Shown one piece after another: positions 1 to 7,654 of a stretch of 40,885 nucleotides of DNA (position 1 is its first letter; each line of letters starts with the position of its first letter). The stretch lies in the UHGV virus genome UHGV-0869933; one strand, given 5' to 3'. The position numbers and the translations under genes are program-made. Below the pieces are notes generated by a model that saw only the letters and a list, made by a program, of their open reading frames with translations, ran no database searches and was not told the DNA's origin. This stretch comes from a virus.

Positions 1-88
1 TCTTTAGTCCTTCTGCACCCTGATTATTTCATCAGAAATTAATTATCACTCTGTTGTTATTCTGTACATCCCGGCAGGGTAAGTCTTG
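1..88. repeat. Left copy of an 88-bp perfect inverted repeat (partner at 740-827)
   Basis: Bases 1-88 are the exact reverse complement of 740-827, checked base by base; identity stops at 88/740. The window begins exactly at the repeat end, so the left boundary cannot be assessed. Confidence 0.9.
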
Positions 89-431
89 CTCTGCCACTAC
101 CTCCGGACACCTCCGGCAGCGTCGGGTCCGGCATATCACTCGCCGCTTCACGAGCAGACTTTTGTCGATGGCATTCGGTACAGAGCGTCCAGAGATTCGT
201 CTCCTCATTACCACCACCGAACTGAAGTGCAATTCGGTGATCGAGTTCACTGTCACAGAGGTCAACCACACGACCACAGAGACGGCACTGCCCGGCGTCC
301 CTGAGCCAGATATGACGCTTGAGGGAAACACGTGCACTGCCACTGACACGACGCTGTTCACCCTTCAGAATATTCACCCGTCGGGTATTCAGTGTTTTGA
401 TTCTGCTCTGGAGTGTACGAAGCTCAGCCAT
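57..431 (-). CDS. HNH endonuclease
   Basis: 124 aa with CxxC ... DH ... N ... CxxCH spacing typical of HNH nucleases; last 10 codons lie inside the left inverted repeat; HNH genes commonly sit next to cos/terminase in HK97-like and lambdoid phages. Confidence 0.7.
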   Translation of the reverse strand: MAELRTLQSRIKTLNTRRVNILKGEQRRVSGSARVSLKRHIWLRDAGQCRLCGRVVDLCDSELDHRIALQFGGGNEETNLWTLCTECHRQKSAREAASDMPDPTLPEVSGGSGRARLTLPGCTE

Positions 432-472
432 GTAAAATCCCCGTCATATGGCAATCAGTAAAGGAAATAAAT

Positions 473-673
473 ATGTCATCGAAAAACCGTACCCGCAGAA
501 CCACAACCCGCAATATCCGTTTCCCCAATCACATGATTGAACAGATCAACATCGCCCTTGAGCATAAAGGGTCCGGTAACTTTTCAGCGTGGGTTATTGA
601 AGCCTGCAGGAGAAGGCTGGCAACAGATGCAACGCATCTGCGCCCGGCCAGCATGACAAATAACGAGAAATGA
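473..673 (+). CDS. Small ribbon-helix-helix-like DNA-binding protein (YlcI/DUF3950-like)
   Basis: 66-aa ORF from an internal ATG with AGGA-type RBS about 8 nt upstream; basic N-terminus followed by NIRFPNHMIEQINIALE, an RHH-like signature; divergent from the HNH gene. Confidence 0.5.
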   Translation: MSSKNRTRRTTTRNIRFPNHMIEQINIALEHKGSGNFSAWVIEACRRRLATDATHLRPASMTNNEK

Positions 674-739
674 ACGTTCGGTTACAGGAGCAGGTACCCA
701 CTGTCCTCCAACAATATTTCATCTTCATATCCGACAGAA

Positions 740-827
740 CAAGACTTACCCTGCCGGGATGTACAGAATAACAACAGAGTGATAATTAATTTCTGATGAA
801 ATAATCAGGGTGCAGAAGGACTAAAGA
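740..827. repeat. Right copy of the 88-bp perfect inverted repeat
   Basis: Exact reverse complement of 1-88; overlaps the last 7 codons and stop of the 805-1146 gene. Confidence 0.9.
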
Positions 828-1146
828 TAAACGTTTTCTTCACGCCTTTACACGGCCTGTCCTTCTCAAATCGCCATTTTGCCATCGCCTTTACAACCTG
901 CTCATCAAACAGATGGTGCGGCTCTGAACGAATAAACTCAATTCGGGTGACAGTACCATCAGCACCAATATCAAACCTCACATCAACCCGTCCCTTTATA
1001 TAATTTGCCGCTGCATAGGCCGGATATTGTGGTAATGCCTTAACCAACTGTCGGGGCATATCTGTTTTATGTTGCGTACAGCCCATAACCAGAGAAGACA
1101 ACAAAATAATTAACGGAAGATTTCTTTTCATTTTCATTCCCCGCAC
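805..1146 (-). CDS. Lipoprotein with TonB C-terminal-like domain, at the bor position downstream of Rz
   Basis: N-terminal signal with lipobox-like LVMGC; C-terminal region (YPAYAAANYIKGRVDVRFDIGADGTVTRIEF ... AMAKWRF) resembles TonB_C; start may be the GTG at 1146 or the ATG at 1137. Confidence 0.6.
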   Translation of the reverse strand: MRGMKMKRNLPLIILLSSLVMGCTQHKTDMPRQLVKALPQYPAYAAANYIKGRVDVRFDIGADGTVTRIEFIRSEPHHLFDEQVVKAMAKWRFEKDRPCKGVKKTFIFSPSAP

Positions 1147-1147
1147 A

Positions 1148-1167
1148 GATAAGAATAAGTCTTATTC
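1148..1167. promoter_or_regulatory. Fur-box-like palindrome immediately 5' of the TonB-C lipoprotein gene
   Basis: GATAAGAATAAGTCTTATTC contains a perfect 8-bp inverted repeat (AGAATAAG/CTTATTCT) and resembles the GATAAT-hexamer Fur consensus; function is inferred only. Confidence 0.3.
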
Positions 1168-1469
1168 TAACAATGCCGCCCTGTCGGTCATCAATCCTCT
1201 GCTTAATGGCAACGACAATTATCCGACTTAAATCACAAATCAGACACATGACATAACAGGGCTTGCGAGGTAACACATCGTCCTGTTTCTTCCACCATCG
1301 CACCGGACTGGCGACTATGAGGGGACAACGCCGCGCTCCGTTAACGCGGTAAACCCCGGTGTGTATCGTTTTTGATTATCCCCGCACACTCGCGCAGAGG
1401 AGTCTCCCTGTCGGGCTGCGGTCTCTGTTAATGAGGGAATACAGCGACGATACGGCGCATCAGCAAAAC

Positions 1470-1937
1470 TTAGTTCAGGCACTGAGTGCGGATATAGTCC
1501 TGTGCCCCTTCCAGCTGCTTCTGCATTGTCATCAACCGTTCTCTGAGGATGAAATAATCCCGTTCAGCGGTGTCTGCCAGTCGGGGGCCGGTTGCATTAT
1601 CCACGCCGGAGGTGCCGGTGGCTTCACGCACTGTACCGGAGCAGGTGGCGTTGATCCGCAGGCGCTTACGACCAGCGGCAACATCAGCACGCAGAGTTTC
1701 ATTTTCAGCTCTCGCATCGGCTAATTCCCTCGAGTATCTGGCATCAAGTTCAGCGACATCACGCTGGCGTATCTGCATATCAGTAATTGTCGCGTTCGCC
1801 AGTTTCAGCTCACTGACTTTTTTATCGCGCTGCGCTTTGTAGGTGATGGCGTTATCGCGGTAATGATTCAGCCCCAGACTAAGCACACCACAGGCTACCA
1901 GCAGGACAATAATCACCACACACAGAACACGGTTCAT
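1470..1937 (-). CDS. Rz: Rz i-spanin
   Basis: From [17 protein letters not shown]: N-terminal TM then coiled-coil periplasmic domain closely matching lambda Rz ([16 protein letters not shown] ... TAERDYF ... MQKQLEG); the track ORF extends upstream of the real start. Confidence 0.9.
   Translation of the reverse strand: MNRVLCVVIIVLLVACGVLSLGLNHYRDNAITYKAQRDKKVSELKLANATITDMQIRQRDVAELDARYSRELADARAENETLRADVAAGRKRLRINATCSGTVREATGTSGVDNATGPRLADTAERDYFILRERLMTMQKQLEGAQDYIRTQCLN
1532..1717 (-). CDS. Rz1: Rz1 o-spanin lipoprotein, embedded in Rz in the +1 frame
   Basis: [53 protein letters not shown] matches lambda Rz1 (lipobox, proline-rich); classic embedded architecture. Confidence 0.85.
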   Translation of the reverse strand: MRELKMKLCVLMLPLVVSACGSTPPAPVQCVKPPAPPAWIMQPAPDWQTPLNGIISSSENG

Positions 1938-1938
1938 A

Positions 1939-2025
1939 TCACCACCAACGGATTGCCCAGACCAGAACAGCAATGGCCACAATACGAATGGCAAATGCCA
2001 TTGCCCGAATAAGTTCAGCACTCAT
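1939..2025 (-). CDS. Tiny hydrophobic ORF (28 aa), fourth of four between endolysin and Rz
   Basis: My translation: [28 protein letters not shown]; stop lies 1 nt before the Rz ATG; weak RBS; below the track length cut-off. Confidence 0.25.
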   Translation of the reverse strand: MSAELIRAMAFAIRIVAIAVLVWAIRWW

Positions 2026-2036
2026 CTTTTTAAAGT

Positions 2037-2162
2037 TCACGATTTCAGCGCAATGACCAGTTTTGCCAGCCCATACAGCATCGGAGACACAGCAATACCA
2101 ACAGCCACCCACTTAATAGCAAAAGCCAGCGCTCTGCTGATGTCATCAGTCACTGTCACCCC
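2037..2162 (-). CDS. Tiny hydrophobic ORF (about 41 aa, GTG start)
   Basis: VTVTDDISRALAFAIKWVAVGIAVSPMLYGLAKLVIALKS; the GTG start overlaps the upstream stop as GTGA; single predicted TM helix. Confidence 0.3.
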   Translation of the reverse strand, partial: GVTVTDDISRALAFAIKWVAVGIAVSPMLYGLAKLVIALKS

Positions 2163-2287
2163 AGCAGCCCCGACGAAGACAACATCACCCAGGCGAGGGA
2201 CAGAAAAAGAGCAACCAGCATTAGTGAAAATGAAATACCGACAATCACACACAGGACCTTTGCCGGCGTTATGAGTTTGTCTGACAT
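2159..2287 (-). CDS. Tiny hydrophobic ORF (42 aa)
   Basis: MSDKLITPAKVLCVIVGISFSLMLVALFLSLAWVMLSSSGLLG; good RBS (AAGGGG, 6 nt spacing); single TM helix. Confidence 0.4.
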
Positions 2288-2289
2288 AG

Positions 2290-2385
2290 CTACCCCTTAA
2301 TTGCCACAATTAACTGGGATACTACCCATAAAAAAGGGATGCTCCAGACCAGCAAAAATTTCCAGTTTGGTAATTGACTAATCAT
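2290..2385 (-). CDS. Tiny hydrophobic ORF (31 aa)
   Basis: MISQLPNWKFLLVWSIPFLWVVSQLIVAIKG; RBS AGGGAG about 11 nt upstream; stop 2 nt before the next ORF. Confidence 0.35.
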   Translation of the reverse strand: MISQLPNWKFLLVWSIPFLWVVSQLIVAIKG

Positions 2386-2450
2386 GAGTCGCAACTCCCT
2401 AATCAGTTTGCTAAAATCAATCAAGGCAGCCTCCCATAGCTTACTGCCAT

Positions 2451-2490
2451 AAAAACAAAACCCCGCTTGCTGCCAACAAACGGGGTTTTT
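2451..2490 (-). terminator. Intrinsic terminator-like hairpin downstream of the endolysin
   Basis: CCCCG-15 nt loop-CGGGG with flanking A-run and T-run, giving a U-tract on either strand. Confidence 0.6.
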
Positions 2491-2579
2491 ACTTTTATTC
2501 ACTTACATTTTGCCAGTTCGCAGGATTTCGTGTTATCCGTCCGCCTTGGCCAACGTCATTGATTAGCAAAATATTCTGC

Positions 2580-3113
2580 TTATCTGTCGATTCCCCAGCA
2601 CGCCAGCGCGCTCTCCTGGTCACGACGGGATACCTGACCGTAACAGTTATTTGAGCGAATACGGCAGTCTCTGCCACCGTCCTTAATCCACCAGCGAATC
2701 GCCTCACACGCTCCCCTGCGATCACCTGCATTAATTCGTTTATAAAACGTCGACGGAAAACACTTACCGGGGCCAATGTTGTACGGACAGAATGACGCGA
2801 TCCCCGCTTTCTGGGGTTCACTCAATGGCACTCTGATGTTTTTCTCCACCCATGCCAGCGCCTTATCACGCTCAATGGCGTTAACCCGGTCGCATTTTTC
2901 CTTCGACAACTTCATGCCCGGAACGACAGGTTTGCCATCCACCAGGATGGCACCGCGGCAGATGGTCCAGATACCCGCGCCATCACGGTATGCCGTGGTG
3001 TGGTTACCTTCCTTTTCATCCAGAAACTGGTCGAGAATGTCAGGCGCAGGCGCACCAGCGGCAATCAGCGCCAGAACGGCAGCCGACAGGCCGTATCTGA
3101 TTTTTGCGTTCAT
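2580..3113 (-). CDS. R: SAR endolysin (phage lysozyme, P21/P1-Lyz type)
   Basis: 177 aa; N-terminal weakly hydrophobic Gly/Ala-rich signal-anchor-release segment (GLSAAVLALIAAGA); E-x8-D-x5-T catalytic spacing (EGNHTTAYRDGAGIWT) of T4-lysozyme-like SAR endolysins. Confidence 0.9.
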   Translation of the reverse strand: MNAKIRYGLSAAVLALIAAGAPAPDILDQFLDEKEGNHTTAYRDGAGIWTICRGAILVDGKPVVPGMKLSKEKCDRVNAIERDKALAWVEKNIRVPLSEPQKAGIASFCPYNIGPGKCFPSTFYKRINAGDRRGACEAIRWWIKDGGRDCRIRSNNCYGQVSRRDQESALACWGIDR

Positions 3114-3218
3114 GGATATTTATCAGGATTTATCGGTTTCTGAGCCCTGGATATGTTTATCAGTTCCAGCCTGTTGCCTCAGGCTGCTAACAGGTCAATA
3201 CAATCATGAGGATTATTT

Positions 3219-3491
3219 ATGGACAATAACACCATTTCTCTACAGGAGTTGCTCGACAGCATTTCCAGGCTTCGGGAAGACGTGAATACCCTTACCGTCG
3301 CCTTCTCATATCTGGCATTCTCAATTCCAAGGGAACAGATGCAATCAACGCTGGCATCAATCCAGTTTGAATCATGCAATCCCAAATGGTCTCAGGAACA
3401 ACAAGACTCTTTCAGGCGGCTTGCTGTATTACTGGATGAAAAATATGCTGGTAAAATTACCATTTCGGCGGACTCTTCAGAGAACCCGTAA
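3219..3491 (+). CDS. Hypothetical protein, opposite strand inside the lysis cassette
   Basis: 90-aa ORF with GAGGA RBS 6 nt upstream of the ATG; converges on and overlaps the 3' end of the 3457-3801 gene by 35 bp; no family recognised. Confidence 0.4.
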   Translation: MDNNTISLQELLDSISRLREDVNTLTVAFSYLAFSIPREQMQSTLASIQFESCNPKWSQEQQDSFRRLAVLLDEKYAGKITISADSSENP

Positions 3492-3801
3492 TTATTCCCG
3501 GTAGTTTTCCTCTGTAGGTTATCAACACATCCTGCGCCTCTAAAATTACGGGGCGCTTTTCCGGCGACTGCTCATCCCCTTCACATAACCCGGCAGCAAC
3601 ATCCAGGAAGACCTGTCTGATGCTCCTTCTGGCTGCTGCCTCATAAAACTCCAGCGCGGCACCTTCAACACGGTCCAGCGAGATGTCCAGGTCAAAAATT
3701 TCACCGTCAAAGCGTTTTTTGTCCCGTAACGCTAAAGTTACCGTAACTTTATTCTCAAAATTGCGGATCCCTTTCACAATCAGTTCATAGTTTTGAGTCA
3801 T
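3457..3801 (-). CDS. Hypothetical protein between holin and endolysin (position of Qin ydfR)
   Basis: 114-aa ORF starting 5 nt after the holin stop with GGGGAGAG RBS; the YdfR equivalence is by position only. Confidence 0.5.
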   Translation of the reverse strand: MTQNYELIVKGIRNFENKVTVTLALRDKKRFDGEIFDLDISLDRVEGAALEFYEAAARRSIRQVFLDVAAGLCEGDEQSPEKRPVILEAQDVLITYRGKLPGIITGSLKSPPKW

Positions 3802-3805
3802 TGAA

Positions 3806-4021
3806 TTACTCTCCCCGTGCAGCCTTACGACGGTCCTCTCTGATTTTGAAATACAGGTTAGTCAGATATGTCAGCAGCCCAAACAGCAGACTCCCCAGCA
3901 CGCCTATTGCCGCCCACTGAGACGGGGAAACCCTGTCCAGCAACTGCAGGAACCAGTAGCCCGTTCCCACCGCTGACGTGGTGTATGACACACCTGTTGT
4001 GATTTTTTCCATCTGGTACAT
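3806..4021 (-). CDS. S: Pinholin (phage 21 S-like class II holin) with dual-start motif
   Basis: [13 protein letters not shown] ... [50 protein letters not shown] closely matches S21; two Met codons (M1, M4) fit holin/antiholin dual starts; the track ORF is extended upstream. Confidence 0.85.
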   Translation of the reverse strand: MYQMEKITTGVSYTTSAVGTGYWFLQLLDRVSPSQWAAIGVLGSLLFGLLTYLTNLYFKIREDRRKAARGE

Positions 4022-4171
4022 ACCCCGTCTCCCGTTATCCGGAAGCTGACAACAATAAAAAAAGCCACCAGTTAAGTACTGATGGCTCTGATAACTCATG
4101 CAGGCATCTCAGACGACCCACTGACACTACCGGTGAGTTTAACGATACCTTCCATTTGACTGGCTCACTTT

Positions 4172-6028
4172 TTATGATGATGCTGGTGCATTTATCTCCA
4201 GCACCAGACTTTCTATCTCAACGCCATACGCTGCATTTTTGGTAATATCCGTCAGCGTCAGCGCATTCAGCCCCAGTGTCAGACTGTCTTTTATGACCTG
4301 GAATGCCGGGCCAGCCACTCCATTCAGTTTCGGAGTAACCGTGGCACTGCCGGCGGTGAACACCAGTTCCAGCGTCTGCCAGTCGTTACTGTAATTCCCG
4401 AACTCGCCCAACTTTGTGTTTCCGGCTTTCTTGTGATGCATCAGATTCAGTTTGCCGTCTGTGGTCTGGGTGAAGAACGACATCAGGAACGGGTTACCAG
4501 TCCCGGTCATCGCCACGACGTCAGGTAACGCTACATCGGTATACAGATAAATTCCCAGACCGAACTGGTTGTTGGTCAGTGCGCCTGACAGTCGAAACTT
4601 ACAGCTCAGTCTGCCACCCCGTGTCAGCAGGGAGACTGCGTCATCCACCGGATGCATCAGGGACCAGGTTTTATTGCTCTGCTTGGTAACCTTAAACACA
4701 CCATCTTCCAGCGCAACACTGCCGCCGGTGATGGTCCAGCCCTGCGCAGCAGCCTCTCCGGCTGTCGGCAGCAGGGAGACTGTACGAACGGATGTGTCAC
4801 CATCAGACGGCCCCGATGGCGTGTCGCCGCCGGGCGAGGGTTTAATCTCCGGTGCGGTACCGCTGATGAAGGCGCTGGTTCGACCAACTGCGTTCAGAAT
4901 AGCGGTTGCCAGGCGATCCGAAATAATGCCCCTGCGCGCCCATGAACTGAAATGTGTCGGACGATTTGACGATACCCAATTACCATTACTACGGGATTGC
5001 GCGCCGTAATAACCTGCATCAGCAATATCCGGGTCTTCTGCCGGTAAGTTGGTGGGCGTGTTGTTGCCGTTACCGTCGGTCATGAACGGCACAAAGAAAA
5101 CGTTGTCGCTCTCCCTGTTTTTGTACGCGCCGTAGACGGAGTCATACTGTGTGCCGTATGTGTTTTTCCAGTAATACGTCGTGTCGCCACAAATCCACGG
5201 TACAACTGCAGCACTGCCGCCATGGCACTGCGCGTTAAATCCGGAAAGGTCAGTACGGAACTGCTTCAGCATGGCCGTGAACAGGTCCGGTTGCTGTGCG
5301 TAGGTGGCAGCGCTCATGTCAAATTCGCCCTGCATCCAGCACACCGCCAGCAACACATTTTTCGGGTTCTTCTGTAATGCCGCTTTGGTGCGTGCGATCA
5401 GGTCCTGATATAACGGTTTACCCACACCCCAGCGTGCCGAATCCTGGCTGGCCCCCGTGTCCGCACTGAATGTCCCCTCCGCGCCCTGGGTGAATGCCGA
5501 ACCACCACGACAGCATGGTACCAGCAGGATCCCCGCGTTATTCGGGATATACGGAAGCAGTTTTTTGGCAATATGTAAGCCCTGGCCGACACAGCCGTAC
5601 TGCCCTTTGCTCAGGTCTGCCTTCGGATGATTCAGTGCGCTCATATCCTGAACATCATGCAGGCAGTGGTCTGCCGGAATGATGTCGTTAAATGCGCATG
5701 CTTTACCACCGGGAGTCACTGTGTTGCGACGGGCCAGTTGCTTAATGCGTGGGTGGGGCGCATCGTAAGAATCCGGAAGCGGAAGCCCTTCACCGTAAGC
5801 CATGGCATTGGATTGCCCGGCCAGTACGATGACGTAGTACCACTCCGGCTCAGTTGCACCACTGACGACCACATCACCTTCTGCTGCAATCGCCTGCATC
5901 AGGGTATAAGGGGTTATGGCCACCGGACTACCAAACGGCTGCCAGCCCTCTTTCAGTTTATGTGTCAGCTTTTCCGCAAGATCTGACGGCGACGCCGCCC
6001 TGACAACATCATAGTGTTTAAATGCCAT
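4172..6028 (-). CDS. nanS: Prophage-type sialate O-acetylesterase NanS-p (DUF1737 + SGNH/SASA esterase + C-terminal domain)
   Basis: N-terminal MAFKHYDVVRAASPSDLAEKL (DUF1737-like), GQSNA esterase motif, about 620 aa; sits between the stx-equivalent locus and the holin, as in Stx and related lambdoid phages. Confidence 0.8.
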   Translation of the reverse strand: MAFKHYDVVRAASPSDLAEKLTHKLKEGWQPFGSPVAITPYTLMQAIAAEGDVVVSGATEPEWYYVIVLAGQSNAMAYGEGLPLPDSYDAPHPRIKQLARRNTVTPGGKACAFNDIIPADHCLHDVQDMSALNHPKADLSKGQYGCVGQGLHIAKKLLPYIPNNAGILLVPCCRGGSAFTQGAEGTFSADTGASQDSARWGVGKPLYQDLIARTKAALQKNPKNVLLAVCWMQGEFDMSAATYAQQPDLFTAMLKQFRTDLSGFNAQCHGGSAAVVPWICGDTTYYWKNTYGTQYDSVYGAYKNRESDNVFFVPFMTDGNGNNTPTNLPAEDPDIADAGYYGAQSRSNGNWVSSNRPTHFSSWARRGIISDRLATAILNAVGRTSAFISGTAPEIKPSPGGDTPSGPSDGDTSVRTVSLLPTAGEAAAQGWTITGGSVALEDGVFKVTKQSNKTWSLMHPVDDAVSLLTRGGRLSCKFRLSGALTNNQFGLGIYLYTDVALPDVVAMTGTGNPFLMSFFTQTTDGKLNLMHHKKAGNTKLGEFGNYSNDWQTLELVFTAGSATVTPKLNGVAGPAFQVIKDSLTLGLNALTLTDITKNAAYGVEIESLVLEINAPASS

Positions 6029-6288
6029 GGTTCTTTCCACCATCTGAAAAATGATTCTTTAAAATACCTGACATGTAATACAGAAAAAACACAAAACCAT
6101 ACCTTAAATAAAAACCTCATCATCAAGCAGATATGCATGGATAAACTACAAGACGAGATATAAACCACCCTGCATTTAAATAAACAATAAACAACATCAG
6201 AAAAATAATTCTGCTCTATGGTTTACAATCAAAAATATCATTTATACTTTTCAGAACATCACCAGCAAGGCATAAACAAGGAAACTAA

Positions 6289-6624
6289 ATGAAGTGGATT
6301 GTGATTGATACAGTTATCCAGCCATCATGCGGAATATCTTTTTCAGTCATATGGAGTAAAATAAAATTAATAATCTGGTATCAATCGGATGCTTTCTTAC
6401 CTCCTGAAAGTATATTTACACTGACTCACACAGGCATCATGCTCAATAACAAAGTGCTACCTGTAACCATTTACAACGTAGTACCATTCAATAAAACATT
6501 ATGGAATTTAATCAAAAACAGCCAGGAATGCCCTACAAATACAGATAACGTATTGAATGAATGCTTTAATAACCGTTGCACTCTGCAAATATGTCCTTAT
6601 GGGCTAAAACAACAAAGTCCATAA
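6289..6624 (+). CDS. Hypothetical Cys-containing protein in an AT-rich island at the stx-equivalent locus
   Basis: 111-aa ORF with AAGGAAA RBS 5-6 nt upstream; strongly AT-rich relative to neighbours; opposite strand to the late operon; followed by a strong hairpin at 6660-6680. Confidence 0.4.
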   Translation: MKWIVIDTVIQPSCGISFSVIWSKIKLIIWYQSDAFLPPESIFTLTHTGIMLNNKVLPVTIYNVVPFNKTLWNLIKNSQECPTNTDNVLNECFNNRCTLQICPYGLKQQSP

Positions 6625-6659
6625 GCAGTTTACTCACATCTGACAAAATCAATATAAAC

Positions 6660-6868
6660 AGCCCCTCCGGAGAGGGGCTGGAGAGTGGCGCTATGTGCCA
6701 TTGCATGGTGCCGGGTGCCTCCCGGTGAATTCAGTACCAGCACCTGAATCCGCGATTATCCCATATACCTACTCGCTGATTACCCCTCCGCACAGGGGGA
6801 TTCACCATGCGAAATTTTTTAACAAACTTCCCGCCGGCCAGACAATAATCGCCAGCCTGAATTATGAG
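6660..6868. repeat. Copy A of a diverged roughly 210-bp non-coding element
   Basis: Shares with copy B the hairpin AGCCCCTCCGGAGAGGGGCT, GCATGGTGCC-N-CCTCCCGGT-AATTCAG, GGGGGATTCACCATGCGA and a CCAGACAAT-ATC tail. Confidence 0.7.
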
Positions 6869-7132
6869 CAACGTGGCATTTTACGGGAAAACTGTTTTCT
6901 GCAGTAAAAAGGCCCGCCGGAGCGAGCCTGGAAGGATAGCGGTCATGTGATGCCGGTTTCCCGGTAACTCAGCATCGGTATCTGAGTCAACGTTTTCTCT
7001 ACTGGGTCATTTCCGATACGTTCCGCCTTCCGGCAGACTTTCATCACGTCAGAAAATATAGCACCCTGAGTAACAGGACAGTACTCAGAATTCAGGAAAC
7101 TGTGACACATCCTGCACAGAAAAGCCCCTCCG

Positions 7133-7347
7133 GAGAGGGGCTGAAGTATAGCCTAATTTCTGTCTGTCGCATGGTGCCAGGGGCCTCCCGGTAAATTCAG
7201 CCTGTCTACTGAATTTGCATGTTCTCTGGATCATACACTTTGCCAGATGCCCCGCCGCTGAGGGGGATTCACCATGCGATGTAATTTTTAACAAATTCTC
7301 CGGCAGCCAGACAATCATCAAGCTGTGGAATTGTGAGGTATTTAAAA
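7133..7347. repeat. Copy B of the same diverged element
   Basis: Same block order and orientation as copy A with scattered substitutions and indels; no conserved ORF across the two copies. Confidence 0.7.
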
Positions 7348-7499
7348 ATTTCAACGGGTAACTGATACCCTGCTAATCGCCTGATGCTTTCTTTTTCAGC
7401 AACGGGAAAGCAACAACCACACACCCGCCACCAAAACACCATCAGACAGCACCGACATTATCCGGCTGCTGAAGTCCACCATCACCACCAGAAACAACA

Positions 7500-7557
7500 G
7501 GAGTGCAACCACAGCTGCTTAGAAGGCAATTGCTCTGTCCGGCTGAGCTAACAACGC
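7500..7557 (-). pseudogene. tRNA-like remnant (5' half resembling tRNA-Arg UCU)
   Basis: Minus-strand GCGTTGT-TA-GCTCAGCCGGACAGAGC-A-ATTGC-CTTCTAA-GCAGC has acceptor, D-arm and anticodon loop (anticodon TCT), but no credible T-arm or 3' acceptor follows. Confidence 0.3.
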
Positions 7558-7570
7558 ATGATGCAGATAA

Positions 7571-7647
7571 TGGACCGCCATCGGGGACTTGAACCCCGCG
7601 CAGCCAGCTTCGAAGGCTGGCGCTCTATCCCGATGAGCTAATGGCGG
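7571..7647 (-). tRNA. tRNA-Arg (anticodon UCG)
   Basis: Hand-folded cloverleaf: 7-bp acceptor CCGCCAT/ATGGCGG, D-arm GCTC...GAGC, anticodon loop CTTCGAA, T-arm CGGGG-TTCAAGT-CCCCG, 3' CCA encoded. Confidence 0.8.
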
Positions 7648-7654
7648 TATGTGA

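Noticed and set aside
6044-7570. Shiga toxin genes at the Q-tRNA-nanS cargo locus
   Set aside because: The locus has the Stx-phage architecture, but no ORF encodes anything resembling StxA or StxB; it holds only an unrelated 111-aa ORF and non-coding repeats.
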